Positions 45,271 through 56,639 of a stretch of 64,000 nt of DNA are shown here, in pieces. The notes under the pieces were generated by a model. The model was not told where the DNA came from and ran no database searches. It worked only from the letters and a program-made list of their open reading frames with translations. Positions within the stretch are counted from its first letter, which is position 1. The number at the start of each line of letters is the position of its first letter. Where the stretch lies: assembly GCF_028641065.1 (NCBI RefSeq), contig NC_073401.1, positions 22,320,001 to 22,384,000 of the forward strand, in the 5' to 3' direction. Origin of the DNA: Leucoraja erinacea. Its lineage: Eukaryota. The position numbers and the translations under genes were made by a program.

Positions 45271-45962
45271 CAACCAGAATCTTAGCAGTTTTAATTTTCA
45301 TCAACTATTATATATTGGAAACTCTGTTATTGTAAACGCTGTCGATCAAAATAAAGTGCTGTTTCAAGTTTAAGTGACTTTAGTGCTGCATGTTCAGCAA
45401 AATTGAATATAGGCAAATAAGTGATTCGTGCTTCCTCGTTTTTTTGGAGGGGTTTTCCATGAGTCAATGTAATCAATGAACTGATCTCGGATGCAATGTT
45501 TTTTTTCCTTTTCATTTTATTATGATGCAAAGTTCTTGAACATGAATGGTGTTGATTCCCCACGCCTTTTTAATATTGCCACTGATTTCCTCCCAATTTT
45601 TTTTTACCATGTGTCGGGATCGTGCAACAGTCTGGATCTCCAATTGGTTGTCGGGGTCTACAGTGCGGCTTTCGTGGTCGAGCGAATGCTGCGACGGTAA
45701 TTGGCGATGTCATTTCGCAAGGGCGGTTTGATAGCAGCCCTTCCAACACGCTCTGCGTCATCCAGGGGAAGCACCGAGCGTAACACGCACTGGACAATCG
45801 GTCAGGATGAAAAAAAATCCAAATCTCGATTGCCCATCCCCGAACACCTGCATAAAATCATGAGTTTGACACTAAAAGCTGCAGCAACTCAGTGGGTCAA
45901 ACAACGTATCTGGAGAAAGAGATAGAACTATAGAGTCAAGCAGTCAAACAGTATGGGAACAG

Positions 45963-46170
45963 AAGGTACACAAAAATGCTGGAGAAACTCAGCGGGTGCA
46001 GCAGCATCTATGGAGCGAAGGAGATAGGCAACGTTTCGGGCCGAAACCTTATAAGGGTTTCCGCCAGCAACGTTGCCTATCTCCTTCGCTCCATAGATGC
46101 TGCTGCACCCGCTGAGTTTCTCCAGCATTTTTGTGTACCTTCGATTCTCCAGCATCTACAGTTCCTTCTT
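45963..46170 (-). mobile_element. Palindromic Penelope-derived short element with TSD
   Basis: ~180-bp near-perfect palindrome (45962-46142), flanked by AAAC(A/G)GTATGG(G/A)AACAG at 45946-45962 and 46171-46187. Confidence 0.75.
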
Positions 46171-46174
46171 AAAC

Positions 46175-47830
46175 GGTATGGAAACAGGCCCGATGGCCCA
46201 ATTTTCCCACACCGGGCTACACCAGCCCCACCTGCCCACATTTGGCCCATATCCCTACAAACATGTCCTTTCCATGTACCGGTCTAAATGTTTCTTATAT
46301 GTTGGGATAGTGCCTGCCTCAACTTCCTCCTCTGGTAGCTTGTTCCATACACACAACATTATTTGCGTGAAAAAGTAACCCCTCAGATTCCGTTATATAT
46401 TTTTCCGTTAACCGTAAAGCTATGTTCCCTGGTTCTCGATTCACCTACACTGGGCTTGAGATTCTGTGCATGTACTCGATCTATTCCACTCATGATTTTA
46501 TACACCTCTATCAGATCACCCCTCATCTTCCATCGCTCCAAGGAAAATAATCCCAGCCTACTCAATCTCTCCCTATAACTTAGACACCTGGTCCTGGCAA
46601 TGTCCTCGTAAATGTTCTCTGTACACTTTCCATATTTCCTACAGCATGGTGCCCATAACTGAATACAATACACTAAACGTGGCTTCACCAACATCTATAT
46701 AACTGTAACATGACCTCACAGCTTTTACACTAAATACGCTAACTGATGGCCAATTTGTCAAAAGCCTTTTTGACCAGCTATCTGCGACTCCACATTCAAG
46801 GAACCATGCACCTGCAGTCCAGGATCCCTCTGCCTTCTGTACCAGAGAAGATTTGGATCAACTTTTATTCGGTAATTCACATCTCACGTGTTGGTTTTTA
46901 AAAGGCCATCTGGTCATAATTCAGGACTAACTTGTTCCTCAGAAGAACAAGGATGGGACTGTTCTGCGACCTTGGATGAAGAGAGATGTTGCAAAAAAAA
47001 GAAGAAAAGGACGCAAGTGAATGTTTTAGGAAGCTGAAATCGATCTGTGCCATTGAAGAAGAAACAGCAAACGGAGCGTAGGTAAACAGGGAATTAGTAG
47101 GGCCAAGAAGGCCATAGCAGGTCCTTAGCAGGGAGAGAAACATGAGACATTTTCTACATATATTACAAAGAAAATAGCAAGACAACTCAAGGCAAAGGAT
47201 TACAATTATATGTGGAGCCTGAGGAAATTGGCGAAATACTAAACGAGAAGGACAAGCAGGATAGCGAAATCAAGGAGAGGTATGTTAATAGTCCAGGGCA
47301 TGTTGACAGTCAAGAAGGATAAATTCGTTGTCTCTTGAAAAATATCAGCTTGGATAAGTTACCATGGCCGAATGAATGAAGAATCTATCCCACGTTAATG
47401 GGGAATGCATGGACAGGCTAGATGCATGAATGAAGATGAATTTTTCCGATGTTGGGGAAGTGAATGGACAATGGGTCACAGATGCATGAAAGGAATGAAT
47501 GGGAAAACTTTATTGTCATTCAGATATTTAAAACCGAAATTTCGTTGATTTGAGGAGTTAAACTTTTTTCGTCCACAGAGAGTGGTGAATCTCTGGAACT
47601 CTCTGCCACAGAAAATAGAATCTTGAGGCCAGTTCATTGGCTATATTTAAGAGAAAGAGTTAGATGTGCTGTGACCTTGTGGCCAAGGGGATCAGAGGGT
47701 ATGGGGAGACGGCAGGTACGGGATACTGAGTTGGATGATCAGCCATGATCATATTGAATGGCGGTGCAGGCTCGAAGGGCCGAATGGCCTACTCCTGCAC
47801 CTAATTTCTATGTTTCTATGGTTTCTATGT
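46175..47830. mobile_element. CR1-type fragments (46175-46830 on -, ~46850-47830 on +)
   Basis: YRERLSRLGLFSLE motif; 3' tail TTTCTATG. Confidence 0.7.
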
Positions 47831-49194
47831 CATTGAGAGACGCAATAGTGTAGAATACTGGGTTTTGTGGCTGTGACCTTTGTTTCCTCTCCAGTCATAG
47901 GCCAGGTGCCAAAGAACCGGCGAACAGTCAATTGCGTTTCCCTGTTTCTGAAGGACATCGGAGAGAAACCAGAAAGGTATATACCAGTGAGCCTTTCATT
48001 AGTGGTTGGGAAAATATGAAGGGAGCTTCTTCCGTATCGGATCTACTCGCCATCTGGAAAACATTGACTTATTGGCACAAGAGACTGCAGAGGCTTAATG
48101 GAGGGACTGATTGGTAGGTAACATTCAAGTTGGGGGGAGGGGGTGGAAGGGTGAAGATGTGGGATGATATGGAAAAAATCTGTAGGTTCTGTCATCTGAA
48201 AGGAAATGAAGGCGAGGAATGGAACAGAACGAGGAAGGTTGGTAGTTGGGAGCTGAAGAGGGACGGGAAGGGGAGTAATGGGGGAAGGAGATGGAGAGTG
48301 TGGGGGAAGAGGAAGAAACAGTGCGGTGGAGGACTGTGGGATGAGGTGGGAATAAGAGGTGTCAAAAAGGGCCGTGATAGATAGGATGAGAGGGAATGGG
48401 ATAGCAGAGCTTAGGGTAATGGTAAAATGGAAAATTCAATGTTCAAGCAGTTGGGTTGTGGACTGCCTGGTTGGAATACGCGCTCCTGTTGCAACAGTTT
48501 GACTTTAGCTTCTCTCCGGACGTGGAGGACAGAAAATATCCTTGTGGAAATACGATGGAGAATTTAAATGACTGATAACCAGACGATCCGTGTGGCCACA
48601 GCGGACTGAGAGCAGATGCTCGACAAAGCTGTCGCCTAATCTGCTTTGGTTTCACTGATGTATATGTGGCCATATCGGAAACACCAGATGCAGATTTACA
48701 CAAAAGGATACTGGAGTAACTCAGCGGGGCAAGCAGCATCTCTGCAGTACATTGACAGGTGATGTTTCGGGTCGAGCAACTACTTCAGGTCTGAAAAAGA
48801 GACCAGGGCCGAAACGTTACCTGTCCACGTTCTCAAGGAATGCAGCATGACCTGATGGGTTACTCCAGCATTCTGTGTCTTTCCTAGGTTTGCTGTTCCT
48901 AGGTTCTCTATCATTTTCTTATCATGCTTCATCTAATAGGCATTACATTTTCCATTAACTGAGTTACTTCAACGATTTGTGTTGCCGCAGATTTGTTTCA
49001 GTGCTGTGCGATTCTATGTTGTTTGTTGTATTTGTGGTGAAGGGTGTGAATGGTAGATGAATCACTAATCCATTAAGCCATTTTTCCTTCATGATGCCGA
49101 TCTTTCTGAATCATATTGCAGCTGCACATCCAGAGAGACGAAGGGTATTCAAGTACAGTTGAATTGTGCATTTTTAAAATGTACACATGCCATA

Positions 49195-50510
49195 AGATCA
49201 TAAGGGATATGAGTACAATTAAGCCATTTGGCCCATCAAGTCTACTCTGCCATTCAATCATGCCTGGTCTATCTCTCCATCATAACCCTATTCTCCTGCC
49301 TTCTCAACATAACTTCTGACACCCGTACTAATCAAGAATCTATCTATTTCTGCCTTAAAAATATCCACAGGGTTTCCACAGCCTTCTGTGGCAAGGAATT
49401 CCACAGATTCGCCGCCCCCTAACTAAATAACTTTCACCTCACCTCCTTCCTAAAAGAACGTCCTTTAATTCTGAGGTTAAGACCTCTAGCCCTAGACTCC
49501 CACTGGTGGAAACATCCTAGACTCCCACTGGTGGAAACATCCTCTCCACATGTACTCTACCCAAGCCTTTCACTATTCTGTACATTTCAATACGGTCCCC
49601 ACTCATGTAAACTCCAGCATGTAAGGCTCAGTGCCTCCAAACGCTCAACATAGGTTAACCTACTCATTCCTGGGATCATTCTTGCAAGCCTCCCCCAGAC
49701 CATCCAGAGCCAACACATCCTTCCTCAGATATCGTGCCCAAAATTGCTCATAAAATTCCAAATGCGGCCTTATAGAGCCTCAACGCGACACCTCTGTTTT
49801 ATATAGGAGCCCTCTTGAAATAAATGCTAGCATTGAGTTTGTTTCTTTACAACTGACTCGACTTGCAGCTGAACTGCACCAGCACTACCAAGTCCCTTTG
49901 CACCTCCGATTTCTGGATCCTCGCCCCATTTAGAAAATAGTCTATGCCTTTAATCCTATTACGAAAATGCATGACTCCACACTTTGCTACACTAGATTCC
50001 ATCTGCCACTTCTCTGCCCACTCTCCCAACCTGCCAAGTCCTTCTGCAGAGTCCCTGCTATCTCTACACAACCTGCTCCTTCGCCTATTTTTGTATCATC
50101 CGCAAACTTGGCCACAAAGCCTTCAATTCCTTCGTGCAAATTATTACTATACAACGTGAAGAGTAGCGGCCCCAGCACCGATCCTTGCGGAACTCCACTA
50201 GTCACCTGCAGGCAACCAGAAAAAAAACCCTTTATAGCCACTAGTTGTCTTCTACCATCCAGCCAACCTGCTATCCTTTGATACGTGGACACTCATTTTC
50301 CTCAGCAGCCTAACGTGTGGCGCGTTATCAAAGTCTTCTGAAAATCGAAGTAAACACATCTACTGACTCTCCTTTGTCTATCCTGCTATTTACATCTTCA
50401 AAGAATTCCAGCAAATTTGTCAAGCAAGACCTTCCCTTCACAAAGCCACGCTGACTTCGGCATATTTTATCGTGAACTAAGTACCCCCTAACCGCATCCC
50501 TTATAACGGA
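49195..50510 (-). mobile_element. CR1-type LINE fragment
   Basis: [35 protein letters not shown]. Confidence 0.85.
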
Positions 50511-52091
50511 CTCTTGTGACTTTATGGCATGTGTATATTTAAAAAAAATGTGCAATCCAACTGTAATTGAACACCCTTTGTGTCTCTGGATAAGTGCAGC
50601 TGCAATATGATTCTGAAAGATCAGCATCATCAACATCTGTTTAACAAGCGTATTTCAGTTGATTTTAATTAAATTAGACATATCTGGCGGCAATGAATTT
50701 TACTCAAATTATTTCAATGCAATTATCGCCTTCGTTCTGTTCCGCTTCTCCCTGCCATGCTTACAAATCTGTATGTCGCTGGTGATTCTTGCCTAATTAC
50801 CTTTGTTTTAGTAGAAATATACTATTGGGAGTCAGGTCGTTGCAGTAAAAAAAATTTTGCAAGGTCGTGGAAAGGATCACCTCTGAAGAAGGGGCTATAC
50901 CCGAAACGTCCCCCATTCCTTCTCTTCGGAGATGCGGCCTATCCCAGTGTTACTCCAGCATTCTGTGCCTATCTTCGGTTTAAACCAGCATCTGCAGTTC
51001 CATCCTATACACACGACGATGATACACACGACATTCATTTTTGCAAAAGGTGCTTACTATTTGCTTTTTTTTTCACAGTTATCGCGCATGCGAAGTTGTA
51101 AGTGCACTCTGTGTGTGCTTCATCACATCTTATTTTAAGAAAACGCTTTGTTTATGTTGGGGGCAAAGGCCACAACTTCTTATTTATGAATAGAAATGTG
51201 TTTCTCATTTAGTGCACCAGGCCTCTCACATCCTTTGTCCTTGCTTATCTGTTTCAGCATAATTTTCTCATCATTTGTGCCAGGTAGATTTCTCCTTCTG
51301 TGTCCATTTTCAGACAATATATTTGTGTCATCCAGTTCCCAATTCTCTTCCTCCTTTTTTGTGTGTGTCTGAATTCACCATTGTGTTGTGACACAAAAGA
51401 ATGCCGATGTTGTAATCTTGAGTAACACTAACAGGAAAGGATTTAAAAGAAGTAGAGAGATGGAACTACAGATGATGGTTTACAAATTAAAAGATACACG
51501 CTGCTGGTGCACATCAGCAGGCCAGGAAGCATCCCCGAAGAATAGGGATAGGTCATGATTTGGGTATTAGTGGCCTAGTGTAACCTATTAATCACCCAAT
51601 GCTTATTAACCATGACATGCTTTATTTAATTACATGTCGTGAAGATTAATTATTCGGTGCATTTTCATGATGCACTTAGCATTTCAGGCGCCACGGGTCG
51701 AACTTAATATACCCGCCACGTTCAAATGATGTCATTTTGTGGATTTACCAATTGAACATATTTTCCATTGTGCGAGAGAAACCCTCGGATAAATTCCTTT
51801 CATCTGGGATGAAATATATGCCGATGTGCCTATTTAATACCCTCAATACGGTAAATTCAATCTTTGAAGGTTTGTCCGATTTGATGCTCATAATTTATAC
51901 GGAAGTCTGCATAACCGGTCTCGGGAATCCTTGCTAAAGTAGCCCGGCTTTTGTCTGTTGAATTGTTCGCGTATTTCATTTCTGCCAATTGGTCATAGCT
52001 AACATACGTTTAAAAAAAAACCCCAAAGAATTTCTGAATATCATGATTGGAACTCATATATTAACACGATAAAAATATAGAAAATATTTGT

Positions 52092-52267
52092 TTAAGAAGG
52101 ATCTGCAGATGCTGGAAAATCTAAGGTACACAAAAATGCTTGAGAAACTCAGCGGGTGCAGCAGCATCTATGGAGCGAAGGAAATAGGCAACGTTTCGGG
52201 TCGACGTTTCCTTCGTTTCATAAATGCTGCTGCACCCGCTGAGTTTCTCCAGCATTTTTGTGTACCT
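52092..52267 (+). mobile_element. Palindromic Penelope-derived short element with 14-bp TSD
   Basis: Palindrome 52121-52270; TAGAAAATATTTGT at 52078-52091 and 52268-52281. Confidence 0.8.
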
Positions 52268-53194
52268 TAGAAAATATTTGTCCTTGAATCTTGGAATGTT
52301 CTCGCACAGCGGGCAGAAGCCTTGGTATACAGTATACGTCGGCATTTATTAAGGTGTATTTTTGAGCCCCCCCCCTGCCCGCGCACATCATCCGAAGCGA
52401 TCGGCTTGTGCTATATTTTAAATATATACAACGTATATGTAATATTATTGGTTATTTAATTATATTTTAATGCTGCTCCGGTATAGGAATCAACACTGTA
52501 TGGTATTTCAGGTTCTCGTATTTAAAGCAGAGGCACCAGACTTTCTTCCGTTGGGTAAAATAAAGTTACCAGCACCGCGCCAGTTAAACGTATCTTCGTT
52601 TTTACTAACATCAAATGCAATGGCATGATGCATGCGTTTTGTGCAAGGACCGATATTACAGACGCATATTGGGTCGTGGTTTGCTGCACGACAGTACGGT
52701 CAAAGTAGACAATGTACATCGTTGCATCCGTGCACCAAAGTCACAGCTCAAAACTATGGTGTAATGTTGAAACTGATGTTTTTGTGAAGTGAGAGTAAAA
52801 GCAATGGTCCAAGTGCAGAAAAATAGGATTAATGTAGATGAGTACTTGAGAGTCGGCATGGACTTGATAGCCTCCGCGGGGCCTGTTCGCCTTCGACAAG
52901 GACAAAATGACAAAAACCTCAGATCCGCAATCTGCAATGATGTCTCGTCCAATATGCGAATCGTCAGAGTAAGAAAATCTATCTTATGACCGCACATTTG
53001 CTGAATAAACTCGTGTGGACCCTATCTTCCACAACAGCACCATGGGAATAGATGCATATATGAATGGAAAATAAAACAGTAATGCTCTATATTCCTTATT
53101 ATGTTTTATGTTTTAAAAATGTATCGAAGTAACCAAGAAATAGAGAATTCGAAGCCTATTCCGGTTCCAATAGGTCGCAGGGAAAACCATTGAC

Positions 53195-53265
53195 ATTTCT
53201 GATTGGTTACAAGCAGCAATATCATTTGCATTAATCAGGTGACACCTCACCGCACTATTCAAAAG
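53195..53265 (+). promoter_or_regulatory. c4 promoter: reverse CCAAT, canonical octamer ATTTGCAT (53224-53231), E-box CAGGTG (53236-53241)
   Basis: Perfect Ig octamer ~105 nt upstream of the leader ATG. Confidence 0.8.
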
Positions 53266-53335
53266 CGAGACGAAAAATAAGTTAGAAGCCACTGGGAAAC
53301 TGTTGCCTTGCCTGGACTCCAGTCAGTAAAATACA

Positions 53336-53384
53336 ATGACTTACTGCATCCGACTACTCTGTGCGCTGGCTCTTTGCGCGACTT
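53336..53384 (+). CDS. IGL: Ig light chain c4 leader exon (MTYCIRLLCALALCAT)
   Basis: Signal peptide; phase-1 GTGAGT donor; same 49-nt length as c1-c3. Confidence 0.9.
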
Positions 53385-53500
53385 GTGAGTTCCTTTGTTC
53401 ATCAACATTAGATTTATCCTCGAGTACACTTCTCAGCTGGAGGTTTCTCTCGTGTTTTAATTCCAAATGATTGTTATCACTGTGCTCTTTATTTTCCCAG

Positions 53501-53848
53501 ATTTACGCGCAGAAATTACAGTAAGCCAACCGCTTTCGATGTCCATCACTCCGGGGCAGAACTTAGAACTAACCTGCACCATGTCTGGCGCTACTTTAGG
53601 GAACGACAATGTATACTGGTATCAGCAGATTCCTGGACGTACTCCGCGGCTTTTAGTCTATTATTGGTCCAGCAAGAGCACTCCTGGTCGAGGTCCGGGA
53701 GTTTCAGAGAGGTTTTCCGGGTCAGTGTCAGGCAACACGGGGAGTTTCACAATATCTAACGTTCAATCAGACGACGCTGCCGATTATTACTGCGCTATGT
53801 GGAAAAACTTTTTAAGATTTGCAAAAGGAACACGAGTGGCTGTTGGCA
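53501..53848 (+). CDS. IGL: Ig light chain c4 germline-joined VJ exon (divergent V)
   Basis: CAG acceptor; EITVSQP..C..WYQQ..DAADYYC-AMWKNFLR-FAKGTRV; GTAAGT donor. Confidence 0.93.
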
Positions 53849-56034
53849 GTAAGTAAAATATTTATTTCTAACGTTCTGTAAGTTCTTATTAACAATAATT
53901 AATTGCGTTATCTATCAATCAGGTGAGAATATCCATCATTATCCTTCATATGTTTAATCGTGTACTTCTATTGTAAGCTCCCACCCCCCCCCCCCCCCCC
54001 CCCCCTCCATTCCTCTCGACATCGCCACTGGCCCTCTGCGAGGTTTTGCGAATCTTTTGCACAGACAGTTAGCACCCAGACGATCTGTGGTTGCGTCTGA
54101 ATCAACCCTTATTCTGTTCAACTTGTACTGTATTCTGTCCCGATGCAAAACTCACAGTGATCCTGAGATAGATTGCATTAGCTATTAGTAGATGCCATGC
54201 CGTCATGCGTGTCATATGTTGAACCGAGTTTATTTTCAGCATTTGCTCGAACACATTCAATCGAACAAAGCCCAGTTGCACCATTTATTATTGGATTGAC
54301 ATTGCCGAACACACATAATTATTTTACCTACTTACGGAGACCATGCGCCCCAGTCTAAATTGATGATTTTACAAGGGCTCCGTGAAGCCATTCACATTAT
54401 ACGGGTTGTAGTCACCATCACTCCGTCCCACCACTGTCCCAGATTACTAGCTGGTCGTGCTTTTCAAAAACCCAATTGGAATGGAAACTGACTGCTGTGG
54501 ACGACCCTGTAACATAGCTATTCACCCACCAGTCAATCTGCACATTGAGAGGAAACGTTTGATTGAAGGAAGCGAACTACTGAAGCTGACCCGACAATCG
54601 AGTGCTCGCTTTCACACAATTAAAATTCATCATTTGTGGAAAGCGGAACAAGGATATTGTTTCAGCCCCACGACACTACAGAGCCATCCTGTTTTGTTAA
54701 CTGTTTTCTCTCCCCTGAAGCTGTCTATTTTGTTGGGTAACCCCAGCGTTTTCAGTTTTTATATCTGATTTCTAGTTCTTTGTTGAGCAGAAAGGATTTT
54801 ACTCAGCTACGACCGACTATTGAAAGTTTTTTTCTCAAATATCTGAAATTTAAGGTTTAATCTGAACCATCTATTCTCTCTGTGAGCTATGAAAAAATCA
54901 TTGCATCGCGTTAGTCATTTAAAACATCAACTGTTTATTTTAGCTTCAATGTTTTTTCAAATCTTCGGCCAGGTAAAGGATCTGGTGGTCTTCTAACATG
55001 AAAACTTTAAAGAGCAAAAAACCCTTGCAATTATGATCATGCGCATCTGCAAACGTGAAATATGTTGCGTTGTTAATAGCAGTCCGGTATTATATCTGGT
55101 TGATGGAGTGCAGCCCGAACTGTTTCCATATTCAGACAATGAAAGGAGCAGTTCCCTTTCAAAAATGTCAGATTGGTTAGGATGGAACAACACGGCGAGA
55201 GTTGAATGGGTTTAAATATAACTAAGATTATAGTTTAAACTGTGTACAGCACTGCACAGACCACTGGTATAACACGGTGCAGAAGGCTACCTCACAGCTC
55301 CAGCGTTCAATCCCCTCCTAGGGTACTGTCTGTTGGGTTTGCAAGTTATTTCGTCAAAACATCAATGTCCTTGCACTGCTCCAAGACATGCTGTTGGGCT
55401 AATTGATACTCTGTAATTTCTTACTGCAGCAAACTGTAGAAAGAAGAGTTGTTCAGATAAGTTGCTAGACTGCAGTTAAATAATGGAGAGGAAGAAACTG
55501 GTTTATACCGAAGATAGACATGGAATGGAGGGGCAGTATGGAACGGACAGAATTATCTGCTAGGAGTTGGCACGGAGCTGACCGCCCGTTTTCCTCAAGT
55601 GTCCTAATAAATACACAAATCCGCCTTTGCCTAGAGGTCTTTTGCGTGAGAGCTCAAAGGAAATCGAGATCAATCCCTTTCTTGTGTCGCGCGATTCAAA
55701 AATAATGCAAGACTCTCCTGTTCGGAACTGTGCGAATGAAGCAAAATGAGAATTTATTAGATCGAAGATAGACACAAGTCACTCCAGCATTTTGTCTATC
55801 TTCGGTTTAAACCAGCATCTGCAGTTCCTTCCTACATATTACCGAGATTTTATTAAGGTAATGTTTGATTTATCCAGAAATCCTTATTGTAAATTCTATT
55901 TCAGTAGCTAGATACACGATGAGAATTTATTATTTTGAAGCGGGTGGACGTAAAGGCGTTCTGGTTATTACATTGACCTTTGATCCAAAAGTAGTGCTTC
56001 AATTCTTATTTAACTGCGATCTTTTGTTAATCAG

Positions 56035-56357
56035 ATCCTCGGCCCCCTGCCGCATCCGTTTTACTACCTTCAGCAGATGAGATGAGAGTAAAGGGCACCG
56101 CCACCCTGGTGTGTTTGGTGAGCGGGTTTAATCCTGGTGCTGTGGAAATCCAGTGGACTGTGGACGGCAGTGCGAGAAGCGACGGCATTGAGACCAGCCG
56201 AATCCAGCAGGAGAAGGACAACACGTTCAGTGCGAGCAGTTACCTGACTCTGCCAGCCACAGTCTGGAACTCACACGAGTTTTACTCTTGTGTGGTTAAA
56301 CACGAGACTCAGACAACCCCGCTTCGGGTGGATATCGCGAAATCCAGCTGTATGTGA
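56035..56357 (+). CDS. IGL: Ig light chain c4 constant exon
   Basis: CAG acceptor; PRPPAASVLLPS..ATLVCLVSGFNPG..YSCVVKH..KSSCM-stop. Confidence 0.95.
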
Positions 56358-56633
56358 AATGGAAATGTGTTAATCGAGAGCGTTTGTTTATCATGATTAT
56401 TTTCCTTTTATTTGATGCAATCTCGAAATGTATTGGTCTCTGGAGTATTACATTTGCTAGATACATTTCTCAAGTAAAGCTTAATTTCTATGACTTGCTC
56501 ACTTTAAAACTATTCTGTCGACAAAATACCAGTAGTATTTACAGCCTCCAGTTTAATTAATATGAGTTTAGTGCATCCAAATATTTGGAAAATGCCAATA
56601 TGTGACCTTAGTGTTGTTTGTAGCCTTTGAGAA

Positions 56634-56639
56634 AATAAA
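56634..56639 (+). terminator. poly(A) signal of c4
   Basis: AATAAA ~277 nt after the stop, similar spacing to c1. Confidence 0.6.

Noticed and set aside
44573-45304. Long hydrophobic ORFs (196-243 aa)
   Set aside because: Translation of a (TAAA)n microsatellite and an N gap.
54153-54159. CACAGTG heptamer in the c4 J-C intron, and CACGGTG in the c1-c3 promoters
   Set aside because: No nonamer at 12- or 23-nt spacing, so not a functional RSS.
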